Positions 22,850-34,900 of a stretch of 64,000 bases of DNA are shown piece by piece. Position numbers and translations under genes: made by a program. The notes below the pieces were generated by a model, which worked only from the letters and a program-made list of their open reading frames with translations, was not told the DNA's origin and made no database searches. The stretch comes from Azolla caroliniana (lineage: Eukaryota; Plantae; Polypodiophyta), in contig JBHGNT010000001.1 of the NCBI GenBank assembly GCA_043228905.1, positions 21,390,001 to 21,454,000 on the forward strand. The letters are read 5' to 3'. Within the stretch, counting starts at the first letter, position 1. Every line of letters begins with the position of its first letter.

Positions 22850-25800
22850 TGTTGTTCGGTTGACAATTACTACTTTGCCGACACAATATAAGACGAACGT
22901 TCGTACCGAACGTTCTATCAAGAAGTTGTGGTAAGACAAATAGATACGAATTAGTTGTAAACTTATCGGTGATAACAGACACCGAGATTGTGACTTATGT
23001 AAGATAGCTTAGACAGAAGGAAATAGATAACAAGAGCGATTCGGACACAGAGGTTTCCTAACTCGAATTTATATTACTAAATACAACGATAGATTTTTAC
23101 AATGCCTTCGGTTCCTTTTATAGGTAACCCAAAGGTCTTTTCTCATCAAGAAATCCTACTGCCTATAATTATCAAGAATTACAAAAATTCGTAACTAACT
23201 ATATCCTATTCGGCTATCTGTTGAGTCATCAATCTGAACTGTCGATCCGACTCCAAACTTCCTTCTGACTCCGATGCATCCATACTTGTCCGGGTAACAC
23301 TTGGCACGCCCGTGGGCCAAGACGTTGTCCGGCGAACCCACGGTAACCCCTTCACTCCTGTTGCTCTAAGGGATGATCTTTCTCCAAAGCATCGTCTACG
23401 TCGTCCTACAGAATGTCAAACAATGAGGGTTCCTCTTCTTGTGGTGCCTCGCTGACATCGTCTTCGTCTTCATCTTCGGTGTCCTCGTCGTCGTTTTCCT
23501 AGTGCGCTTCTTTGGTCGATGGACTTGGATTTGCTAAATCCGGTGCTCCGAGTCCACGTGTTTTACTTACTCTTTCGGCTTCGATATTGTCTAACACAAC
23601 GGACGTATCAACATCATGCTTGTCGAATTCTTGCATGATTCGGTTAACTTCTTCTTTGAAATAAGTCGCCATGTCGTATAGGTCTCTAGCAATATCTTCC
23701 TGAACCGTGGTCATTGCTTCCTCCGACATCTTGAGGAAGCCTTTGCCTTGAACTTTTCTATTTTCTTTGTCGGCTCGTAATAGCTGAAGCTCTACAGCTT
23801 GCGCCGACCATGTTGGCCAACCCTTCTCCAACGATTCATTGACCAATTTTAGGGTGTTGAGCCGGTGACGTCTTATGATTCCTGGAACCCTGTTCTGAGT
23901 CATACTTGCCTCAAACTGTGATGTTGCCAATGTTCGTCGTAAATCAGTGATTACCGCATTGGTATCGCCTTCAACCTACATCAGTTTGGCTTGTGCCACT
24001 AACAGGTCAAGTCGCCTTTTCTCGGATACCATTTGAACTTCTGCATATCGCTTTTCTAGCTTCTCTTTCTCCACATTCCAATCGTTCTGCTGCAGAATAA
24101 TTTTTCGGTTGATTTCTTCTATCAGTTTGTCTCTTCCAGCCAATTGTGTTGTAAAACAAGTCTCTTGGATGCTCACATACTCTTCAAGCTCTTCGACTTG
24201 TTCCGCATTTTTCCTTGTAGCCTCCTGTTGTTGGACTATCGGTGTAAATCTTGTATCAAATTATCTTTTTCCTCTAAGCATTTGTCGGCCTCTGTTTTTG
24301 CCGACTTTAATCAATCCTCCATTTCTCTGGATTTGTCTTTGGCCTTTTCTGCCCTAACTTCCACTTCTATTCATGCTTTTTCGGCTTGTTCCCACTTCTG
24401 TTGTAGTTCTGAATCCGAATCCAAAGGTTGGCTTTGTGACTCTAGCTGTAATATCCTCTCTCTCGATTTCTCTAGAACTACTTGTGCTTCCTGCAATTTA
24501 TCCTTCAACTGATGATTTTCTTCCTGCTTTTGTGTATACTGTGCATTAAGCACATCTGCTGCTACTATTGCCATTTTGTATAATTCAGCCATATCCTTGG
24601 CTGGTTTGCTAGCCTTTTCATATTCTCTGTGAACTTCGACCAGTGCCTCATGTAGTGGTGGCATCTGGATGGCTTCACCTTTATTTTTAGCATTTCGCTG
24701 CCGACCAATTCTATCCACTTCTGCTTGTTCATTGGGGTCGACAGCTCCACATAATGACTTTTGGATCATTATTTGATCCCGGTGCTCTTGCGCCATTCTT
24801 TTCGACACTTCTTGGAGTCTTTTATCTAACCATTCTACCAGTTCATATGACGTTCCGAACTCCATAATGGCAGCTAGCTCATGTGCTGTTGCCGAGATGT
24901 CGGAAAAACCAAGTGCCTCTTGCACCATTGCCGTTGATACCTGCCCTTTTTGAATTCGTGACATGTCATCGGGATTGACACGAGGTACTTGTGTGCTTTG
25001 GGAGGCTTGATTGTCGGTTCTTTGTTTCTTCTACGCAGGTTCTTCTTGCTCTGGTCTAGAATATCTTTGGGCCCATTGTTTAACCCTGCGCTGCTTCGGT
25101 GGTTGCTACTCTGTGTTAACTTGTGTCGATTCTTGCTGTTGTGATTGTTACTCGCCTACCGCCTCTTGGTGTTGCATCCTCAGTGGTTGAAACTCAGGCT
25201 ATTGAGTAACCGGTTGCTAGTCAAGTTCGGGTTGTGGTGTTGACTGTTGAGACTGCGTCGACCGTTGTTGTTCGGATTCTTGTTGTTGCCTTGGTTCTAA
25301 TTGCTTGAATTTGGTCTGAGTTGTATCGTCTGGCACCGATTCTTCTTCCCTCCACTCTTCCCGTTGGACTTGTCGTCGGGTTCGGGATGACTGTACCTGA
25401 GGCAGCCTTCGCACCTCTGATCAGTTTTCCGCCTCTGGAGCCAGAAATAATACCAACAACCAACGAGCAAAAATCGTCTTCATTAGTTTTCCCTTCTGAA
25501 CTCCGTATAGTTGCTCTCTCAGAGCTTTTGCCGACAGTAACCCCCAATCGAAAGCTTTGCCTTCATAAGCGGCGATGATAAATTCGGCCCTCTTTTTGGG
25601 CATACAGTAGAATCTCGGACTAACAAACCCTACTTCCAATAAAAACTTTGCAACTTCATGAGAAAAGACATTCCTACCTCCTTGTGTCTGATACGCTTTG
25701 GTGGAGGGCAAATACTCACCAAAATAGGAACACAATCCTTCTTCTGTGACCTTCTTGACAATGTCGAACCCACCTCTTGGCATCTCCAACGCCGCTCTTA

Positions 25801-26103
25801 CCTTCTTATTAGTGATCTTAGAGACATCGATTTCTTCCATTAGAGCTTCAGCGTGCGGGTGCGGCTCTGCTTCTGCGACATTTAAGAATCCTTGTAAATT
25901 ATCGTGAACGAGCCAGCGATGCAAGTCATCAGATACAATAATCGGCATATTGTCGTTGTTGATTGACAGATCGTCGCTCTGTGGTGGCGGTGGAAAACGC
26001 TGTGGGCTATGGCGGAGAAGATCAGAAAACCTGTGACCACAAATATGTTTCTGCTTCTGTGGTGAAACAGACATTACAGAAATAGGTTTTAAGGAAATGG
26101 TGA
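22850..26103 (+). mobile_element. Tat/Ogre-like non-autonomous gypsy: LTR + PBS(Arg) + antisense accessory ORF only
   Basis: LTR 22850-23299 (TGTT..AACA); PBS tggcacgcccgtggg from 23302; no gag or pol seen. Confidence 0.65.
23400..26080 (-). pseudogene. Antisense accessory ORF: globular N-terminal domain, Gln/Pro-rich linker, long coiled coil, acidic tail
   Basis: Collinear minus-strand ORF pieces 25421-26254, 24371-24964, 23976-24176 and 23499-23930; the GKAFDWG..L.EQL motif recalls plant-mobile-domain-like accessory ORFs. Confidence 0.6.
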
Positions 26104-29100
26104 CCCTAAATGGGGAAAACCATGGGAACAAAGATTCCACTATACACGAGTACAAAACACTGTTACAACCTTCTCTTATACACACAAAGGATAACTTGCA
26201 TAAGTTTCTTGGCAAGTTCGCCAAACTTTGTTGCCACTCTCTCTTCTTTGTCACACTACCCTACGGAGGCTCACACACTATATTGTTCAATGCACATACC
26301 ATGTTTTCCCTAAGTATATTTATACTTATACACTGCATGGGCTATTTACAAATGTAGCCATTACTAGTGTCATTTCTATAATAACAATAATAGTTATTTA
26401 GCCGATTGATCGATTAGTCGGTTTGACTAGTCGACCCCAGTGTTGACTATCTAGTCAGCCTGACCAGTTGGTCGTGTCTTCAACTTGGACTCTCCTACTA
26501 TTGACTCTCCCTGTCTTCGACTGTCAGCACTCGACCCGATTAGTCTGTTGCTCCCATAGGAGGGACATATTCCTAACAAACTCCCCCTTAACTCCTATGG
26601 GTGGAGTCGGTTAGTCATGTCCTTTGTCTACAGATTCTGAGTATGTCCATTTGTAGGTTCTTTGTCAGCATGTCGGATCCATTGTCGTCAATATGGATCT
26701 TCACAAGGGTAAACTCTTCTTCTTCCACTCTCTCCCGCAACCAGTGATACCTTCTTTGTATGGGCTTGGTTCGAGAGTGGTACGCAGTATTCTTTACTAG
26801 ATGTATGGTGCTCTGGGTTGTCACAATGAAGCAAGAACTCCCTTTGCTTCACCCCCAACTCGTTGAGGAAATTTCTCATTCAGATTAGCACTTTGCCGGC
26901 CTCTACCATTGCTATGTACTCTGCCTCTGTGGTCGACAAAGCCACAGACTATTGTAGTCGTGACTGCCACGACATTGATCCCCCTACATAGGTCATTACG
27001 TACCGATGTTGGCATAAAAGGCCGACTCCTTCCACTTTGTACCCTAGTGTGAACTCGTCCATATAGTTAGGTCTTATTATATAAGCAATAACCTAACATT
27101 GTAAAGAGAGCTTCGCTTGATCATTCTTGTACAGAGTCTCTGAGAAAGAGAGAGAGAGAGAGAGAACATAAATAAAGAGAGCTTCCATTAAAGCTTCATA
27201 TGTGTATCTAACATCTGTCTATATCTTCTTGCCCTCCTTTTGTGTTGTTTTCTGAGCATAGCCGTCAGGTCCTCACATACGTTTCCGTTCATATATGTCC
27301 TTTAACTGGTATCAAAGTGATCCGCGGCTCGGCGGCAACAAATAGCGAAAAAAGCTGAAAGGAAAAAGACCAAGTTAGCAAATCTCACTTTCAAAAGAAT
27401 CATGCAATCAATATCCGGTATAGGAGTTGAGATCCGAAAATTTGACGGCAAAAACTTTGCCCTACGGAAGGAGATGATGCAGGACGTACTGATTATTCGT
27501 AGACTAGTCGAGGTCATTCGACACTCCGAAAAGCCTGCTTCAATGACAGTCGATGAGTGGAGATCAATGGACGAAATCGCACGCTCCACCATTTGAATGC
27601 ACCTAGCAGAAAATGTCTACTTCAGCATGGCAAAAGAGATGACAATGTTCTCATTGTGGGAGAAACTACAAGCCGTGTACGAGAAAAAGTCCTCATCTTC
27701 AAAATTGATTCTAATCAAACAATTGTTCAACATGAAGATGAGAGAGATCGATCTAGCTACATCCCACATCAACACCTTTAGTCTGGTGTTGTCAAAACTT
27801 TCCTCACAAGGGATCAACTTCGAAGAAGAAGTGAAAGCCCTTGCCCTCCTATCGAGATTGCCAACAAGTTTGGAGGTATTCTGCACGACATACACCAATA
27901 GCCGACAAATCCTAAACCTGAATGAAACAATTGGTCAAGTCCTCACCGAGGACATTCGGCGAAAATCGACGGGACCTACCATCGATGAATCGGTAGAAAC
28001 CCATCACTCGACCGAGTCGTTCGACCGATAGAGTCGAACGAGAGAACAAGCTAACAGAACTGGTCGGAATACCAACCAATCAAAAATGAGGGGAGACCGA
28101 CAGCGGTCGAAGTCGAGAACGGGCCGATCAAGCGAATTCTACACACACTGCAAAAAAATTGGCTACAATGTTTCCAACTACTGGTCGATCAAGAGGAAAG
28201 AGAGTGGTCGGCGATCTAAACGAAATCGAGGATGACCCGACTATATAGTGTGCCCTCTTTCTGTGCATCTGGCCACTATCAAGTTTCCATGGTAGAACTT
28301 CCACTTGCCATTTCGGAAGCTACCACTTTAGCCTTCATCGTCCAATCTTCTAGTCGATATTAGATTCAATCTGATATCGGGGACATGTCCAACTTCCCTC
28401 AGTATCAATCGACAACCAATCAACGTCATCGGGCACATGCTTCCGATGTTAGCCATCTTGCACTCTCCATGATCTCCCATCTTTACATAGCCATGATCCC
28501 CAGCCATGTAAATCGAAAAACACTCTCTCAACAGAGTTATGTGGAATGATGCACCCGAATCGATTACCCAAGTGCACTCTTCGCTTGCATGATTTGTGCT
28601 TGCCTTCTCACAAATGAATAGGATCTCCTCTACACTCATAGCTACGGCCGATGTGCTCTTTTCATCAAGAATCTTCCTGGGTTCAACATTATTGACGACA
28701 CTCTTGTCCTTCGTGAGATGTCAGTAGTCCTTCTGAAAGTGTCTAGGCTTTCTACAATAGAAGCATGTTAGCTTACCTCTGGACTTGGATCTGGCGTGGG
28801 ACTTTTCTCTCCTTAGTGGACTCCTTTACCGGTTCCTTCCTCAACCGGTATGTTGAGTCAAATTTGACTCCAACTGGGATAGGACACTCTTCTCTTCCTT
28901 CTTGTCTCCTCGTTCAAGATGCTTGTCTTTACCACTTCTAGAGACAAGTTCTCTTCTTGACACGAGGTGTTGAGAGTCACCACCAGGTTCTCCCAGTTGT
29001 CTGGCATGGTACACAATAGTAGGATGGCATGCATTCTATCTTCAAGGGGAAACTTAGTTGCCGCAAGTTGGTTCACATACCTCATTATTGTGCTTACTTG

Positions 29101-30102
29101 TTCAACTATGCTTTCCTCGTCCCTGTATTGCAACCTCACAATCTTCCTCATCAGAGACGTTTTATTGAGGGTGTTCTTCCTCTCATATAAGCCTGATAGC
29201 TTCTGCCACATCTCATAGGCATTTGTGTCATTTGCCACATGTTGAATGACACTTACATCGACGCACTATCGGATGGTGGCCACCGCCTTTCTGTTAAGAA
29301 GTTTCCATTCCGACTCTAATACCCCCGTGGGGATTTTTGGTCTGTCGATTGGCTCATATAGGTCTTTGACTATGAGAAGCTCCTCCATCTTTATCTTCCA
29401 GTCCACATAGTTCGGAAAGTGTAGAACTATCGTGCCTGGGAAGCCGCGCACACCTCCTTCCATCTTCAACCTCACTCTAATACCAGTTTGATGGGATTAG
29501 CTCCCTTCTCAATCGTGAGAAAGACCGACTGTGCAATATGCAATATCATAGAATGACAAAAACACAACAAATACACGAATACACCGTTTTATGTGGAAAC
29601 CCTAAACGGGGAAAACCACGGGAACAGAGATTCCACTATACACAAGAGAGTACAGAAAACAGTTACAATCTTCCCTGATACACATAGAGGATAACCAACT
29701 GAGGGTTCTTAACAAGTTCGCGACACTTTGTTGCCGCTCTCTCTTCTCTGTTACATTACCCTACAGAGGCTCACACACTATACTATTCAATGCGCACACC
29801 ATGTTTGCCCTAAGTGTATTTATACTTATACAATGTATAGGCTATTTACAAATGTAGTCATTGCTAGTGTCATTTCTATAATAACAATAATAGTTATTTA
29901 GCCGATTGATCGACAAGTTGACTCCCGTGTTGATTGTCCAGTAAACCCGACTAGTCAGCCTTATCTTCAACCATCCAATCGGCCTGACTAGTTGGTTGTG
30001 TCTTTGACTTGGACTCTCCTACTATCGACTCTCCATGTCTTCGACTGTCGGCACTCGGCCCGACCAGTCGGTTGCTCCCATAGGAGGGACATATTCCTAA
30101 CA
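26104..30102 (-). mobile_element. Ty1/copia element D (Tork/Tnt1-like), internally deleted
   Basis: 5' LTR 29489-30102; 3' LTR 26104-26578 lacks its distal ~110 bp; PPT about 26581-26589; PBS tggtattagag 29475-29485; gag and WVIDSG protease 28245-29475; RNaseH 26615-27005; integrase and RT missing. Confidence 0.88.
27007..28244 (+). mobile_element. Ty1/copia fragment E (5' LTR, PBS, gag) nested in D
   Basis: LTR about 27007-27304; PBS tggtatcaaag at 27307; gag IRKFDGKNF..LFNMKMRE..ALALLSRLP. Confidence 0.8.
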
Positions 30103-30300
30103 CATCTTGTACTCCCAAGATGCAAAGTTGTTTCGGTCCAACTTATCGCTAGGGAGAGAGCTACCCATTTGAGTGTCCATGATGTCGATGATGTTTTCCT
30201 TCTTCTTCTTCTTCTTCTTCCTTATATACGAACTATGTAGTGGCATTACGATAGCGATGAGCCGGTTCTTCTTGAACGTTGGCATATAACACAACACACA
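30103..30300 (-). pseudogene. Copia gag N-terminal fragment related to family A/C
   Basis: MGSSLPSDKLDRNNFASWEYKM, versus MGSSLPTEKLDKSNYASGSYKM in element C. Confidence 0.75.
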
Positions 30301-30797
30301 CGGATGGGCTAGAGCGAACTACCAACACTCTCTAAAACCCATGTAAATAATTGCCTAGAGTAATTATGTTAAGTGGAATAGATTAGATGTGTGTTTATGT
30401 GTATGTATGTGTGAGAGAGAAGATATGAGATACAAGATAGATGTTATGTGTCATAGAATATGATTCTATGATAGATAGTTAATGTTGGAGAGTAGTGGTG
30501 GCCTTTGACCTTTGAGTACTCATATATTCTCAAAAGATGTGTTCACACATTAGACTAGGTTGGGTTTGATTCTCAACACCACTATATCCCTTAATCTTTC
30601 ATTAGAGCTAATATAAATTAGAGTTAAGAGCTAAGTAAGCCAAACCCTAATTTTCTCCTTTTATATGGTGCTAAACCTTTTTGTAATAAGAAGTGGTGTA
30701 TTATTCTTATATTAACTTTGTCCTACATTCATGTCTATGTACAAGAGAGAGTAAAGTAAAAGGGAGAGATAAAGATTTTGTTATCTTCTTCGGAGTT

Positions 30798-30844
30798 CAT
30801 AGATAGATAGATGGATGGATGGATGGATGGATGGATGGATGGAT
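30798..30844. repeat. (GATA)n(GATG)n microsatellite
   Basis: Read directly from the sequence. Confidence 0.9.
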
Positions 30845-31056
30845 TCTATTATCGTCTTTAGAGGTCAAATATGACTTATGAAAGCAAAAATATATGTGTG
30901 AAAGTGAGTAGCGACTCTCGATGTCCAAGAACTTTACCAATGAATGTTGCAATCGAGAGTGTACATTGTGGTTGTGAGAGAAATTCATCCAAGGATTGCT
31001 TTGTTGAAGGTCTATGAAAAGCATGGTCAAATATGATAAAAGACTGCCAGACCGTT

Positions 31057-31435
31057 TGTTGAGAAGCAAGCTCAACATGGGGTGGATCGGCTGAATAAGC
31101 CGAGAGCCGGATCGGGTGAAGACCAATCGGTCAAGCCTGGATCGGATCAGTGATCCAGATCCACAAAAGTCGGTAGGCCATTAGAGGCCTACGATCTTAT
31201 CCTGGTAGATAGGTATATTGAAGTTAGTATCAATCACTCAATTATGAGCATTGAAGTACATGTCAATACTTTTGTCAATCCTTTTAAGGACTTGTATCAA
31301 AGTGCTCATTGGGTACTGTATAGATAGAGTATTATTTTGAAAGAGAATTATTTTGTGTGTTCTACTCTCTCTGTCTCTCCTGTGTACTCTCTCTCTCTCT
31401 CTCTCCATTGTTCTCTATGTTTACCGTTTTCTATT
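31057..31435 (+). repeat. Diverged, truncated LTR related to copia A/C
   Basis: Begins tgttgagaagcaagctcaacat, versus tgttgagagacaagctcaacat at 18850; shares later blocks such as gtgctca and ctatgtttacc. Confidence 0.65.
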
Positions 31436-31947
31436 TGTTACTCGTAAGAGTGGACGGGGAGGCATAAGGGTGGAACACATTAAAGTGGTTGTTGTGTCGG
31501 TGTAATGTATACAAGTGTGAGTGAGGTGGAATATGTGTGTGAACACATGCACAATTATGTGCATAATTGTGCATGTGTACAAGAATGTAACGGTCTTGTT
31601 GTAACGGTCATATTATGTAATCATTATATGATGTAATGAATAGATTTTTCTCCCTCTGATTTGGGACATTTCTTATTTGTCTCTCTCTCGCTCTCCCTCA
31701 CGGGTAACCCCCTTGGGAGGCACCCTCCACCCATAACACTGGCACGCCTTAACCGACCACCCTCGCTTGAGAAGAATTCATGTGCGAGATATGGTTCACC
31801 ATCTCCTAGGTCCTAGATTAGCTCCCCAAGCTCACACATGTAACTCGGAGCACTGAGTGATTTAAGTGCTCTCTAGAAGCCATCGAAACCTACGGGAAGG
31901 TCAGATTTGCCCAGAATCAACGTCTTTGTCTCCACTACAAAGGATAA
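31436..31947 (+). mobile_element. Gypsy LTR (31436-31738) + PBS(Arg) + short leader
   Basis: TGTTA..TAACA termini, then tggcacgcc at 31740. Confidence 0.65.
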
Positions 31948-34900
31948 TGTCACCGATTCTAGTTAGTGAGGATTGAACCTGCAACATCACATCTATAACA
32001 TGTCACACTCAACCATCTAGATATGAGCATGTATTTATATATAATAAAGTATTCTATATTCTAGTATATATACGTTCCAGAATATTTTAGATCCTTTAGT
32101 GTTTTCTAGAAATATTCTATGGTGTATTCTATATGGGTATATTCTAGAGATATTTGTCAAGTATATTCTAGAGATCCTAAATCTCAGAACTTTTATAAAT
32201 ACTTGCAACCTCCTTGGTCCCTTTCAAGGGATTCAATGCCAGTCATTGACACATCAATCTAGTATTCTCGTTCCAATCCATCTTGTCTCATTCTTCATCT
32301 CTGTCTTCATGCTCTTGTGTCGTTCCCAACTTCTCAAGTTCCACGCTCTTAGACCCATCATCCTTGCTTCATCTGAGTTCGTGGATGGTGTGTTTGTGAC
32401 CGTTTGAATCCCTTCCAACTAGAAGCATCACCCAACTTCGACATCGCCCTTGCTTCTAGAGTTACCATCATCACCGTCCTTGCTTCCGGGGTTACCGTCA
32501 TCAACATCCTTGTCTTCGACATCATCATTTTCAGCACATCTTCGCCCAACTTTCATCGTCATCAACACTACTTGTTATCATTTATAGGTATCATTTTGCG
32601 TCACGATTTTGGTGAGGATTTCTTTCGATTGCTCACCTTCCTAGTTCCAATGGGGGTCACATACGCTCACTTTCCTAGAGGGGATCGGATCATTCCTCGC
32701 TTGCACTCCATTTTCATTATAGTTCAAGTCTCGCGCCACTTTCCTTTGGTGAGGACCGATTTTGATCGCTCGCCTTCTAGTTTCGATGGGCACAACCACT
32801 CACTTTCCTAGTAGGGATCGCATCGGTTTCTCGTTAGCGCTACCGTTTGTGCCATATTTTAGGTCAACCTTGACTATTTACCCTCTCATAATAAAAGAAG
32901 TCAAGTCGACCACTTGACTTACACTCCTTTGCTTGTTCATGTTCCAGTTCTCGGTGAGGACGGTGTGGTCGCTCATGCTTGTTGGTGTTCCCGTTCCCGG
33001 TGAGGACCGCACATGGTTACTTACGTTCGAGTTTTCGGTGAGGACAAGACAACGCTCACTCCTAGTCGTGTTTGAGTTCCCGGTGAGGGCCGCATGGTTG
33101 CTCACTCCCCATATGTGTTCGAGTTCCCGGTGAGGGCCGCATCTGGTCGCTCACGCCCATTTGTGTTCGAGTTCCTGGTATGGGCCACACATGGTCGCTC
33201 ACTCCCATTCATGTTCTAGTTCCCGGCAATGGTTTCCTGGTCATTCACTCTATTCGTGTTCAAGTTCCCGGTTAGCGCCGCACATGGTCGCTCACGCCCA
33301 TTTGTGTTCCCCATTAGGACCACAAATGGTCGCTCACACCCGTTGGTGTTCTAGTTGCCGGTGAGGACAACACATGGTTGCTCACACACGTCAGTGCTCC
33401 AATTCCCGTTCACCCCTACACCACGCTTTCAAAAAGGCGGTTGTAAAAGGGGAGAATAATGTCACGACACACCTACACCACGCTTTCAAAAAGGAGGTCA
33501 TAAAGGGGAGGATAATGTCACAACACAGTGACATCAAATACATAGTTGGTGATGACTAAACGTGCAACCTCACATCAAAAAGATGTCATGCTAAACACTT
33601 TTGATATGAGCATGTATTTGTATATTATTATTGTATAGTCTAGCACATGGTACATTTTAGAATCAAAATATTCTAGTTATTAGTATATTCTAGAAATATT
33701 GTATGGTATAAATTCTAGACATGTATATTCAAGAGATATTTCTCGAGTATATGCTAGAGATGTTCAATGTTGGAACTTGTATAAATACTTGTAACCTCCT
33801 TGGTCCCTTTCAAGGGATTCAACGCCAGTCATTCACACATCAATCTAGTATTCTTATTTCGCCCCATCTTCTCTACTTGATCATTATCTCTGTCTTCATG
33901 CTCTCATGTCGCTCATAACTTCAAAAGTTGCTAACCTCAACACTTCTAGGTCCAAGTACGTAGCTCGTCTCTTATAGCCCCATCATTAGTGCTCTGTCCC
34001 AATCCACGCTTGGTGTGTCCGTGACAGTTTGAATCCCTTCGAACTAGAAGCATCACCCCTCTTCGTTATCTCCTTTGCTTCTAGAGTTACCATCATCATC
34101 GTCCTTGCATCCAAAGTTACCGTCATCAATATCCTAGTCTTCGATATCATCTCTTTCAGCACCTCTTCACCCAACCTTCATCGTAATCAACACTACTTGT
34201 TATCATTTATATGTATCATTTTACATCACGATTTTGGTGACAATTTCTTTGGATCATTCACCTTCCCAGTTTCGTTGGGGGTTACAACCACTCACTTTCT
34301 TGGTGGGAATCGAATCATTTTCATTTTAGTTCAAGTCTCGTGCCACTTTCCTTTGGCAAGGGCCGATTTTCATCGCTCACCTTCTAATTCCGGTGGGGGT
34401 CACAACTGCTCACTTTCCTAGTGGGGATCATGTCAATTTCTCGTTGGCGCTACCTTTTGTGTTCTGTTTTGGGTCAACCTTGACTATTTACCCTCTCATA
34501 ATAGAAGAAGTCAAGTCGACCGCTTCACTTGTACTCTGTTAGAACCAGACATGGTCACTCCGTTCCAATTCCTAGTGAGGGGCACACATGGTCGCTCATG
34601 CTCGTTCATGTTCCAGTTATCTGTGAGGACCGCATGGTCGCTCACTCCTCGTTCATGTTCCAGTTCACGGTGAGAACCTCATGGTGGCTCACACGCGTTC
34701 ATGTTCTCGGTGAGGGCCGTATGGTAGCTCACGCTCGTTCGTGTTTGAGTTCCCAGTGAGGACCGCATGTTCACTCCCTCTCGTTCGTGTTCCAGTTCCC
34801 GATGAGGACCGCGCATGTTTGCTCACATTTGTTGATCTTCTAGTCTTCGGTGAGGGCCACACATGCTCGTTCACACCCGTCGGTGTTCAAGTCTCCGGTA

